A DNA stretch of 64,000 nt, from the NCBI GenBank assembly GCA_001179505.1, contig CDMY01000738.1, positions 62,001-126,000 of the forward strand. The letters are read 5' to 3'. Positions 1 to 14,135 of this stretch are shown piece by piece. This DNA is from Vitrella brassicaformis CCMP3155. Lineage: Eukaryota; Protista; Chromerida. The translations under genes were made by a program, and so were the position numbers. Numbering within the stretch: position 1 is the stretch's first letter; each line of letters begins with the position of its first letter. Under the pieces are notes generated by a model. The model saw nothing but the letters and a program-made list of their open reading frames with translations, made no database searches and had not been told where the DNA came from.

Positions 1-1007
1 TGCAGACACTGAATGGCGCTCTCCACACCAGAGCGGATGGACGTGCCGCCCTCAGCTCGGAGGCGCATGACTGCCACAAGCACAGAAAGACAAAGAGAAG
101 AGAGCGTCGGTGTGGACCGGACCACGTGCCGGCCTGTGTTTGTCTCGTGGGAATGCTGATACTGCGTGTGGTGGCGAGGCTCTTCTTGGCCTCCGTCATA
201 AGGGTGAATGGCAACTCAACCCGTGCAGCACTCGAGAACGATATCACACACAGCCTGCACACACAGCACAACACAAGACACATTGGCCGGCACTCTCACG
301 TCGCCCCCCCCAACCCCAACCCCATCTCCGCCCATCTCCACCTACCGGTCTTTGTCTGTCAGCTGCCCGATGACGAAGCGCATCGCGTCCTGCACTGAGC
401 CCAGCTTGGCACCTGACATGGAGCCTGATACGTCGAGGACCGTGACTAGATCGAGACCCACGCCGCCACCCTCAGACACCGACACAGCACCACCAGGACG
501 AGGAACGCTAATGTCAGCTGCCGCCACCGCAGCAGCAGCCGGAGATGGCTGGAAGGAATGAGAGAGCAAAGTATGTGTTATGTGTGCCTTTGTACGAGAT
601 GTGTGACGTACTTTGTCCCTAGTGTCGTCGCCTGGGTCGTCATCGGTGGTTGTGTGTGGCTTTTTGGCGACCTTGCACAGCACGAAGACGGCCATGGACT
701 GGTCCACAGGCAACGCAGAGTACTCCAACTTCAGCGACACACCCAACGGACCTGCCAGGCAGTCAGTCACACCAACGAACGACACAGACAGGCATCTTCT
801 CGCGTCACCCAACGCAGACCCAACGACACACGTGTACCCACCGGCATCCGGTGTGTCGTCATCTTCAAATTCCTCCTGCGATTCCGTTATCTCATCGGCA
901 GCGTCCACGCCCACATTCACACCATGGTCAAGAGGAGCAGCCACATCCCGCCGACAGGACTGCCCATGCGACGGCCGGTTGCCGCCCTGTGCTGTGCTGG
1001 GAGGCAT
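1..1007 (-). CDS. von Willebrand factor type A (VWA) domain protein, multi-exon, runs off the left edge of the window; 5' start uncertain (may extend to ~1350)
   Basis: MIDAS-type motif LDLVTVLDVSGSMSGAKLGSVQDAMRFVIGQLTDKDR (342-470), followed across introns by LCVISFSSAARVELPFTLMT (~200-265) and MRLRAEGGTSIRSGVESAIQCL (1-70), the usual VWA continuation. Confidence 0.85.
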
Positions 1008-1440
1008 GACGGGCCCGGGGGCGTCAGGCCTGTGTGGGAGCGACGAGGCTGTCAGTGGACGGACAGAACAATGATACCCACCTTCATAGACTCAGAAGTT
1101 CAATCCTTATTCGGCTTACGAGGCGAGTGTTCACTCTCTGGCTCGCTGCGAGGATTGGAATGCATTGCGGGAGGCCGCCCGAATGGTCTCATCGCTCGCA
1201 ATGCGATTAGAAAGGCTGCTTCTGCGAGGAAAGGGCAATGAACCAACGCTGTAGGGCTCTCTCAAGGCATCTCCCAAACAGAATGACGAAAAGGGATCAA
1301 TGACCGACCTCCGACGCCCGCGTTGGGCGTGATGAAAGAGGCTCACTTGTGCGAGCTGTCAAACGGTTCAACGGCTGGCGAGTCTACACCATGGTCATAG
1401 CTTCACTTGCTTACCCACGCAAATAGCCCACCGCCAGCAG

Positions 1441-4072
<2,632 letters not shown>

Positions 4073-4163
4073 TCCACAGGCCGGCCGGCGCGGCTGCAAT
4101 GGTGAACATCGACAAGTGCGGATTTTACAGTGGGTGGGCTGGAAACGAATCGCGTGTTCCCAT

Positions 4164-5087
4164 CTGTGCACCATCGCAGTGATCGCAGTGATTCTCATAG
4201 TATGTGTGCAATTTTCGCCACGCCAAGAAGAGACAGAGCAATTGAGTGCGAGAAGAGAGCTCAGAAGATCGAGACGACATGTAGTTGGATTGGGATGTCT
4301 TTATGGACAGTCAAGTGGCTTACGATGGCTGGGATTGTCAGTGCGTCATCAGTGCATTGCCATTGCAATGGTGACGATATGTGCAGTGTCACATACACAC
4401 ACGTGTGTGTGACTTGAGGGGCCAATGTGTGCGTGTGTCCGTGTGTACCTCTTGGCCTGCCCGAGTGTGTGTGTGTGTGTGAGTGTGTGTGTGTGTGCTA
4501 CGAGTGAAACACTCATTCACCCATGTCATGTGTATCCATCCGAGCGTAGGGCGGACACGAGGAGTGTTTTGTTTGTGAGAGGACAATAAGGAGTGGCGGC
4601 CTTGACAGACTGTGTGAGTGTGTGGTGAATTGAGAGATGGGTAGGTAGGTGCGGCTGATGCCACGCGCGTGAAGGATCTCGGGTGAGTGCTTGGAAAGAC
4701 GGTCCGCTTTGTATCCATCCATATGTACAGATAGAGAAACATGAAGTCAGTGTCTGTCCTGGCCCATCACGCATGTCGGTGGTGTCCGTACCCGTCATGA
4801 AATTGCTTGAAATAAAATAAGAACGCACGAATTGAATGGAGCGCTCTCTCTCTCTTTCTCTCTCTGTGAGGGGTGGATATATAAACGACCGATGGACCAC
4901 CGACTGACCGATGTGAACGATGTATATATGAAGCGTGTACACACGTGTGCTCTCTTCCTCTCACTCTCTTGCTACATGTTTTAAGTGTCTCTTAGGGGGT
5001 GTGTCTATGCTATTCGGGGTGATAGGAGTCGATCTTAGAATCCCCAGAGAGGGAACACACAAGAGACACACATTATCCATGAATTCG
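4164..5087 (+). repeat. ~0.92 kb direct repeat, copy 1 (copy 2 at 14136-15060)
   Basis: Colinear shared blocks, e.g. TGATCGCAGTGATTCTCAT, GGACAGTCAAGTGGCTTACGATGGCTGGGATTGTCAGT, CCCATCACGCATGTCGGTGGTGTCCGTACCCGTCATGAAATTGCTTGAAA, and CATTATCCATGAATTCG at the end of both copies. Confidence 0.95.
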
Positions 5088-6702
5088 TCCGTAGTGTGGT
5101 AGCTGACGGCTCGATGCTCACCCGACAGGATCTGGAGCTGTTGTTCGGCCATTGTGATGGAGTTAAGGGCCGCCTGCATGGTGCTCTTGGCCTGCTGCAC
5201 CTGAGCCGCTATCGTCGACAACGTCATGCCTGAAATCCACACACATATGCAAATATGTGCAGGGCGTGTGTGCGTCTGCGCGTGTGATGTGACCCTGCAC
5301 GTCGCGAGCGAGTTCCATGGCGGTCTGCACCTCTGCAGCCATACGCACAGAAGAGCAGTAAAAGACACAATTAATGCATACAAATGCACAGATCTGCCAT
5401 TATCCGTGTGCCCTCGGTGTGTTTGTGCTTCGAATTTGGCTGTGCTGCGTACGTCGGTCATATGGGTGCGCGGGGCTGTGTCGTACCTACCGGTCTGCAG
5501 GAATGATGCTTCAGCAGCGCTGCCCATCACACGGTTCATCACCTTATCCCACAGAAGATCCCCGTACCCGCCGAATGCGCCTGCACTCAACGGAAATCAC
5601 TCCCTGTTATTAATGTGAGTATACAGATAGGTATATTTGCCATTGCAGACGCACATAAACGTGACGTCTCTCCCTCTCTCTCTGTGGGGTGTGTGTGTGT
5701 GTGTGTGTGAGTGTTTGCGTGTGGACAGGCAACGAACCTGGAAAATAGAAAGTGTGGAATATGTCCCTGTCCATGAATTTGATAACTGTATACAAGTAGC
5801 CGGTGTAATGCACGTCAGCCTCCGCTGGCAGTTTCTTCCTGATGAAATGCTGAAGAAGCCACACGACCAGAGATATGTGGCAGCCAGCACAGCACACAGG
5901 TATCTTGGCGCCTGCTGGGTATGGATGCTCACCGTCCCCTGGGTAGTGCAGAATCTGTTCTCGGACCCCGAGATGCGCGGGGTGCCACCAGCCCGCCAGT
6001 AGCACGTATGCTGTTCTAATACTTGTCGGTGATTCTGATGCCTTTCTGGGACACGGCTGGGTTGGCGATGCACGTGCCGCCTCCTCCAGTGGTCCAATCG
6101 GCCGGGTCGTAGGAACCGTGCGCATCGAGGGTTATCGTGTTGACCACACAGACCTCGGCGTCGTTTTGGCACGCCTTGGCGTCATGAAAGTTCCCTCCTG
6201 CGTCGGGCTGCCGGGCAGTGACGTAGAATGCATCGTAATAATGCTCGAACGCGTTGCCGGCATATTTATTTTGCTGGTGATGGACCTTCTTGAACATGAC
6301 CGAGCAATCGCTGCATGCATCAAGGGGAGAAAAAGGCTACCTATGGATGGGCCCACACCTTTCTACTGCGCATCGCTTACGTGGGCTGCTCATCCGATTG
6401 CTGCCCAGTGGACGACGACGACATCCACACCTGGTCCCCTGCACACACAAGTGTGTCAGGGATAAAGACCTCCTCATGAGGGCCTTGAAGGTGGCTTACC
6501 TTGCTGGGTAGATCCACCTTCTGCAGCCACAGAACCGCAAACACGCAAAAAGAATGGGCAGATTTTCCCTGTTCGCAAGAGATCTTCCTCGCTCGTCAGC
6601 GCTGTGCGTCGGCTTACGTCGGGCATAGGTGTGCTGGGCCAGTAGGGGCTGCACGAGGCAGCCCAGGCCAGCCAGAAGAACAATGGCGAAGCCGAAACGC
6701 AT
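5005..6702 (-). CDS. Secreted hypothetical protein: signal peptide, Cys-containing middle region, SFLQ motif, C-terminal coiled coil
   Basis: MRFGFAIVLLAGLGCLVQPLLA leader; exons join in consistent phase (DCSVMFKKVHH...CIANPA; HTCYWRAGG...FCTTQGT; HFIRKKLP...HTFYFPG; AFGGYGDLLWDKVMNRVMGSAAEASFLQT; EVQTAMELARDVQG; MTLSTIAAQVQQAKSTMQAALNSITMAEQQLQILS). One junction near 6010-6055 needs a weak 44-nt intron or is a frameshift. Confidence 0.6.
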
Positions 6703-6825
6703 CCTCGCAGGCAGGGGTCAGACCTGTGAGTGTACCCGGCCGCTCTGTCTGCGCTGGCTCGATTAGAGATCTGTCCGCCCCCAGGCCCCAAAACTCGACC
6801 CGTAAAGTCCCCTGCATCCTCCCCT

Positions 6826-7125
6826 NNNNNNNNNNNNNNNNNNNNNNNNNNNNNNNNNNNNNNNNNNNNNNNNNNNNNNNNNNNNNNNNNNNNNNNNNNN
6901 NNNNNNNNNNNNNNNNNNNNNNNNNNNNNNNNNNNNNNNNNNNNNNNNNNNNNNNNNNNNNNNNNNNNNNNNNNNNNNNNNNNNNNNNNNNNNNNNNNNN
7001 NNNNNNNNNNNNNNNNNNNNNNNNNNNNNNNNNNNNNNNNNNNNNNNNNNNNNNNNNNNNNNNNNNNNNNNNNNNNNNNNNNNNNNNNNNNNNNNNNNNN
7101 NNNNNNNNNNNNNNNNNNNNNNNNN
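6826..7125. other. Assembly gap (300 N)
   Basis: Run of N; all four gaps in the window are 300 N, suggesting a placeholder length. Confidence 0.99.
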
Positions 7126-7139
7126 CCCCAACAACAAAG

Positions 7140-8569
7140 ATGGCCTCTCCCGTCGCACCCGTCACCAAGTTGAGTCTGCGTGTTCGCAACAAGGCCCTGT
7201 CGAGGGCGCACGTTCGTGTGGTGGAGGCGAGGGAGCGGCAGGTGGTGGAACAGGAGCTCGAGAGGGCCACCGAGAAGGAACTGAAGATGACCCTGGGGGG
7301 TGGGATCAGTGCTGAGGTCGGTGGCCTAGAGATTGGCCTGGAGGCCAAAAGGGGCAAAGAAACACGTACGTGACAGCATGCACCAGAATGCACGGCGGAG
7401 GTCTCGGCGGTAGGCACTCTTTTCTGGGGATGTTCAGGTGACAAGACGGAAGAGAAGGCTGTCGTCCGCATTCAGTACGGCAAGCTCAGGGAGTCACGCG
7501 ACTGGTGAGAGGGGAGCTAGCTCTTTGTCCCGTGAGACCACGCTTGTCCCTTCCTATCAGGATAACGATTGATCCCGGCGAGGAGGCCATTTTGTCAAGC
7601 TTCGACTCCCCGTACATCTCAATCATCATCGAAGACTCGGACTATCAGCTGCTCAATCAGCTCATACACCCAGAAGAGCACAAATATGCCATCGCACTCA
7701 GAAGGGTGAGAGAAGCCAGTTGAGAGGCGCCCTTTAGTCACCTATGGCTGCTCTCCCTTTTCTAGGCCAACCCTCCATTTGTATCTCTCGTGATTGATGC
7801 CGTCGAGGTTGCAAATGTCGAAGCCAAGCAGAAGGCTTTCCGTCTGAACAACATCGTGACGAAGCTTGTGTTGACCGCAGTCGAAAGCATGGGCCGCGGC
7901 ATGTCGGTGGGGGTGGAGCCGAAGAAGAAGCGGGAGACACATGAGGAGGCCGATGTCTCGCGGCTGTGGATCCGACAAATGGACACTCTCTGCCCCAAGG
8001 GCGCTTTCCGTTTGGTCCCGGTGGCATTTCCCGACAAGACGCTGGCGGTCAGCCCATTGCTGGGCAACAGCCTCGTCCTTGATGTGCCAACGGTTGAGAC
8101 AGATGCCAAGGACAGTAAAGAGGAAGCACGATACGAGCAGTGGATCATGCTCTCAGCTGAGACGCAAGAGATTGCCCAGCCGAGGACAGACAGAGGCTGG
8201 TGCAGTTCGTTCTGCTGTCAGCCCTCCAAAGATCAGCTGCTCGTGTCGCCCGACATGGAGTTCCAGCCCGCGAAGGAGCAGAGGAGGGGAAGCAGCAAGT
8301 TCGATGACGAGACAGTGACCATCAAGTGTGTTGGGCTGCCGGACCATGTGATGAGTGTCAAAACGTTTGGGAGAAGCAAGAATCTGGTGATGACGAAGGG
8401 AGACGAAGGAGTCCCCGTGGAGGCCCTGTGGCGCTGCAGCCAGCCGATTGTGACCAAGAAGGGTAGCAAAAGCAATGCCACAAACCGTATAAACGACATT
8501 GTTATCTTTTTATGCTGCCTCCTTGCTTAAGCTGCGCTCAAAGGGGCTACCGCGACGGACACTGAAGAG
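7140..8569 (+). CDS. Unknown ~400-aa region (5 exons), probably the N-terminus of the downstream ankyrin gene
   Basis: Exons 7140-7365, 7438-7504, 7561-7705, 7766-8486, 8532-8569 join in frame (1197 nt, 399 codons) with GT-AG introns and splice in phase 0 onto 8634. The start may lie in the upstream gap. Confidence 0.6.
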
Positions 8570-8633
8570 GTCGGTGGCATCGCACTCGTTAAGCACGGCA
8601 GCTAGCGTTTCATTGACCCTCTGATTGACCCAG

Positions 8634-11600
8634 ATGAGCCTATTCGAGGCTTCTGCGGAGGGCAATTTGGAGGCTGTCTTGCGGATCATTCAGACCAAAG
8701 GCGTCAAATGCCTGCAGGAGACCGACGAGGTGAGACACACCGCTTGACATGGCAATGATGGGAACGTGACTGGTGTTTCGTGGCTTTGCAGGAGGGCTTC
8801 ACGGCGCTGCACTTCGCCGCCCAAAATGGTCATGAAGACATTGTCAGAGAGATAGTGACCAAAGGCGGCAAAGAACTCATCAAAAAGAGAACCATCGTAC
8901 AGGTGAGCTGAGACACAGCATGGCGAGCGACATCCAACAGCAACAGCCATCTTCATGTTCATTAGAATGAGCCTACAGCGTTGCATATGGCGATTGAGAA
9001 GGGTCATACACCAGTCGTCGCCGCGCTTGTCGAGCTCGGAGGGGCCGATGTCTTGTTTTTTCAGAGATGGGGTGCGAAAGAAGCAGTGCTCCCTACATTG
9101 TCTTCACCATTCTATTGTGCGGTATCCTATCGAACTTTATCTTGACTGTATTTCCTGCAGAATAAGGACACGCCTTTTTACACTGCTGCGCGATGTGGTG
9201 AAGTCGATGCGCTGACGGTGATGCATGCGAAAGGAGGTCGAAGCCTGCTGGAGCAGCAGTCGGATGTAAAGAGGACATACCTTTGGACATACATGATTGC
9301 TTCCCGTGTGCATCTGTGTGTGGGATGCAGGGCGAATATGCCATTCATTCCGCAGTCGCAAAGGGCCATCTCACTGTGGTCAATCAGCTCTTATCGTGGG
9401 GCGGAAAGGCGCAGCTCGACAACCTCAACAGCGTAAAGCCCTGTGCACTGCGCATTGTCTTGGACATGATCTTGTTATGCTTTGCTTGGCGACTGCAGAA
9501 CCGTCACACACCCTTCCTTCTTGCTGCGTGGGCTGGTCATGTGGATGTGTTGCGAGCGATTTTCGCCAAAGGGGGTGGCAAACCCTTACTGGAACAACAG
9601 AATCCAGTAAGGGGAGGAAGCCAATATCAACAAGTGTCAAGTGCGTGTCTATGATTATGACCACAGTTGGGCAGCTATGCGGTCCACTTGGCAGCTATAA
9701 TGGGCCATGTTGATGCGCTTCAGCAGGTGCTGGAGTAAGGAGGAAAAGCCGAGCTCAACAAACGCGATAAGGTTGGCCAGTGGAGCATACATCGCACACA
9801 TTGCCTTTGTGTGTGATTCAGGATGACTATTTCCCCATCCATCGAGCAGCTGAGAAAGGCCATCTTGATGTAGTCAAGAAATTGATTGAGTGGGGAGGAA
9901 AGGCTGAGGTCTACAGACGCGATAGCGTAAGCCAACTTAGAAAATGCGACAGGCCAACTTGGATGAAAATGTAGTGTGGAGACTTCCCCATCCGAGTTGC
10001 CGCCAGGAGTGGCGACCTAGCTACGTTCAACTACTTGATCGATCTTGGCGGGATTCAGCAGATAGACGAGTGCAGCTTTCATGTGAGCGATAAGACCTTC
10101 AGTTATCGCATCTTCCTCTTGCTTTCTTTCCTATCCCGCGTATCCTTTTCCTCTTGCTTTCCTTCAGCTTTTCAACGATGCTGCAATGGGGGGCAATGTT
10201 GACATTCTGAAAACGATTCGCACCAGAAGAGGCCCGGGGGTCGTGAAAGCAAAGGGAAGGGTAAGAGAAAGAGAGAAAGCGGCGCATATGTGCATTGTAG
10301 GGTCCTTGGTTTTGGATGTAATGCAGTTTCTCCTCTCTGCGCTCCATTACGCAGCTTCGGAAGGTCACGCTGCCGCAGTCGCCCAGCTGCTCGAATGGGG
10401 ATGCGCTGACGAAATCGATAAGCCTGATTGTGTATGCTTTCATTCAAAGCTTCAAGGCCGTTGCGACTTTCTTTGCTTTTTCCCTTCGTGGCAGCGATCC
10501 CTGACCCCATTTCATCTTGGAGCTTTCTGCGGGCGTCTGGATGTGCTCAAAGTGCTGTACTCTAAATTTGGAGAGCGCCTGCTTGAGCAAAGAGACGAGG
10601 TCCTGGAAGCTACCGTGACGGTTGATGTATGTACTGGTTTCTGTTGTGGATGTGTGGACAGGCTGGCCAATTCGCCATCCACCTCGCAGCTGGGGAATTC
10701 AATGACAACGCTGATGTGGTCACTCAGCTGATCGAGTGGGGCGGCATAAAGGAGCTCGAAAAGAAAAGACACGTAAGTGTTCTTTGTGTCGGTCGAGAAG
10801 CAGGTGCCTGCACTTGATGGCTATGGCTGCAGGACGGTTTGACACTCTTCGGTGTGGCTGCGCTCTGTGGTCGCGCCGATGCGTTGAGGGCGATGCATGC
10901 CAAGGGAGGCCAGGCACTCCTGTCTCAGAAGGAAGAAGATGTAAGATCACAGGACTGATTCCCATCGACAGCATGATGGTTCAGATGCGTGTGTACGTGT
11001 ATCTAATGTAGTCGGGCAACTTCCCCATCCATGCAGCTGCTGGCGGCAGTTCGGGCGATGCAGGTCGTGATACTCTAGGTCATGTCGCTGTGGTGAGGCA
11101 GCTGGTGGACTGGGGCGGCCTTGAGGAGCTCGACCGCTGCGATGAAGTAATGGCATTCTCCAAATGCAATGCATTCTTGACTTTGCCTGACTATGGCTGC
11201 GATTTATTCTGCAGTACGGAAACACACCGTTCCATCTCGCGGCGTTGTGTGGTTGCATTTTTGTGATGGAGGCGATGTACGCCAAGGCCGGGAAGGCGCT
11301 GCTGGACAAGCAGAGAAAAGTGAGAAAACGCAGCTTACAACAGGCTGACTCGCTTGTCCTGTGCCATGTTTTCCTCTTGCCTGTGTATTCATGTGTGATG
11401 CAGGGTGGCTATTTCCCCATTCACTGGGCAGCCGACAAGGGTCACGTGGCTGTGGTCAATCAGCTCGTCGAGTGGAAGGGCACAAAGGAGCTCGACAAAT
11501 GCGATGTTGTCAGTCAACCACCTGAGATGCACTGACAAGAGGTGGCTGCCTGACTGTGTCTGCTGTTTATTCTGCAGAACGACAACACACCCCTCCACTG

Positions 11601-13419
11601 TGCTGCGTCGGGCGGTCACGTCTCTGTGATTGAGGCGATGTACGCCAAGGGCGGGAAGACGCTGCTGGACAAGCAGAACAAAGTGAGGATAGACACAGCT
11701 CGCGACATCGTTTCCTGTGTCGTGAGCTTCTTCCTGCTTGTGTGTATTTGTGTGTGTGATGCAGGATGGCTATTTCGCCATTCACTGGGCAGCCGACAAA
11801 GGTCATGTCGGTGCCGTGGAGCGGCTGATCGAGTTTGGTGGGACAGAAGAGCTCGACAAGCGTGACAAAGTACGGCACCCTCCCCCTCCATACAATGCAT
11901 CGAGATGGATTTCCTGGAATGTTTGGGTGTCCATGGTGCAGGACGATGACACACCCCTCCACCGCGCTGCGCTGGGCGGTCACGTCTCTGTGATTGAGGC
12001 GATGTACGCCAAGGGCGGGAAGACGCTGCTGGACAAGCAGAACAAAGTGAGAAGAAACGCAGCTCGCGACAGAGTTTGCTGTGCCGTGAGCTTCTTCCTG
12101 CCTGTGTGTATTTGTGTGTGTGATGCAGAAGGGCAGGTTTCCATCCACTTCGCAGCCGACAAAGGTCATGTCGATGCCGTGGAGCGGCTGATCGAGTTTG
12201 GTGGGACAGAGGAGCTCGACAAGCGTGACAATGTAACGCACCCTCCTCCTTCAAACAATACATCGAGATGGATTTCCTACCATGTTTGGCTGTCCATGCT
12301 GCAGGACGATAACACACCTTTCCACCAGGCTGCAATATGTGGTCGCGTCTCTGTGATTGACGCAATGCATGCGCATCGCGGCCAGTCGCTACTTGACACA
12401 TATGGAAACTACAAGGTGAGAGGTACACACTTTGATAGACATGGCTGCATGTGTCCTCCTGCACATGTGCAATGCAGGCTTTCCCTATTCATCTGTGCGT
12501 GGCCGGTACGGCAACAGAAGGCGATACTCCAGGCCATGTTGCTGTATGTAAACGATTGATGGAGTTGGGTGGAAAAGTGGAGCTCGACAAGCGAGATGAG
12601 GTAATTCTTGTCGCTACTTGATGCATTCGCAAACCCTTTTCTTCACACAGGGCTTGGGCACTACTCCCTTTCACACTGCCGTATTCAATGGCTACGTTGA
12701 GCTAATGAAGACTATGTTTGCGGTGGGTGGCAAACCGCTACTGGACGCGAGGAGCAATGTAAGGAAGACAGAATGTCATATTTTCTCACCTGAGTGTTTG
12801 AATGTGAGTCAGAAGGGCTCATTACCGATTCATCAAACAGAAGGCGCCCATACTGTTTCCAGCCGCCATATCGCAGCCATGAAGCAGCTGATTGAGTGGG
12901 GAGGCGTCAAGCAGCTGAAAGAGAAAACCAGCGCTGTAAGCAGTGCCCCCATCAGTCCATTCGTATGCCTTGATTTGTTGTGTGCGTGTGCGTCACAGGG
13001 CAACACTCCCTTTCACACTGCCGCGTTCAATGGTTCCATTGAGCTAATGAACACTATGTATGCGGTGGGTGGCAAACCGCTACTGGACGCGAGGAACAAT
13101 GTAAGTGAAGAAGAAGACAGAATGTCATATTTTCGCACCTTCAGTGTTTGAATGTGAGTCAGGATGGCGAATTACCGATTCATCGAGCAGCAGGCTGCGA
13201 TACTGTTTCCAGCCGCCATATCGCAGCCATGAAGCAGCTGATCGAGTGGGGGGGCGTCAAGCAGCTGAAAGAGAAAACCAAGGCTGTAAGCTGCATTCCA
13301 TGCCGTCAGCCTTTTCTCTGCCCTCATTCGTTTTGTACATGTGCGTCATGCAGGGCAAGACCCCGCTGGACCTTGCGCAGAGCGACGAAATGCGCAGGCT
13401 CCTCAGCAGCTACAAATAG
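8634..13419 (+). CDS. Ankyrin repeat array, 28 exons, about one repeat per exon; in-frame TAA in exon 7
   Basis: Repeated T(P/A)LHxAAxxGHxxVVxxL motifs (EGFTALHFAAQNGHEDIVREIV, DDYFPIHRAAEKGHLDVVKKLIEWGG, NDNTPLHCAASGGHVSVIEAMYAKGG) ending in GKTPLDLAQSDEMRRLLSSYK*; each repeat is bounded by phase-0 GT-AG introns. Confidence 0.93.
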
Positions 13420-14135
13420 GCAGGCTCCTGGTCACTGGTGTATAGGGCTGCCGTACGTCAGTGGGTCTTCTTGCATATGTCTGTCTACCTGAACAGAGAC
13501 ACCATTGAAATAGCCATGCACTGCCGTGCCCTTGGTGAAAAATCCAGTGTAGACTGGCTGTGGTGCACGGGTGGATAGAGGTTGGGGAAGAAGGCACGAA
13601 GCCAGGCTCAGGATGACCTGGAAACGCACATGAGAACACGATTTGCGACCGCCAACCCTCCGTCTGCGCCACTGCATACTTCACAGCCGAGTTCTGTCGA
13701 TAATGACGCTCAAGCACCAACACAAAAGTAATGCTTTGTCGGTGTCTCCTGTGTCTCTGTGTCTGCCTGTATGCTACTCTATGCTTGTCAGCAGCGGAGG
13801 ATTCCTTGGCAATCACATTCACAAAGACACATGATGTCTTGGCGGTCGCCAACGCGAGTGTGTCTGCCACGGTGCATGCTAGTCGTGCACACGTCAACGC
13901 ACAAAATACGTAAGCCCCACGCATCTTCAGGGTTTGTGGAAGGCTCCTCGGGAGGAGACACATCGCTTAAAGTCACGCCAGCAGCTAGTACCTACCAGAG
14001 GAGCCACTCTGTGCACTCACCGGCAGCTGCTCGGGTGGGGCGGGTAAGGCCTGTCATGGTTTTATCGACCTGATCGATAAGCAGATGTGAACTCCGTGCA
14101 TCGTGAAACACGATTTACGAGATGGTACCGTTGAG

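Noticed and set aside
4526-4942. ORFs within the direct repeat
   Set aside because: Frames are not preserved in the second copy and translations are dominated by microsatellite-derived residues.
6474-7471. Long ORFs spanning N runs (also at 41.7-42.4, 50.7-51.7 and 62.2-62.8 kb)
   Set aside because: Artefacts of translating assembly gaps as X.
11578-13353. CRISPR-like or satellite array
   Set aside because: The periodicity is duplicated ankyrin exon-intron units, not constant repeats with unique spacers.
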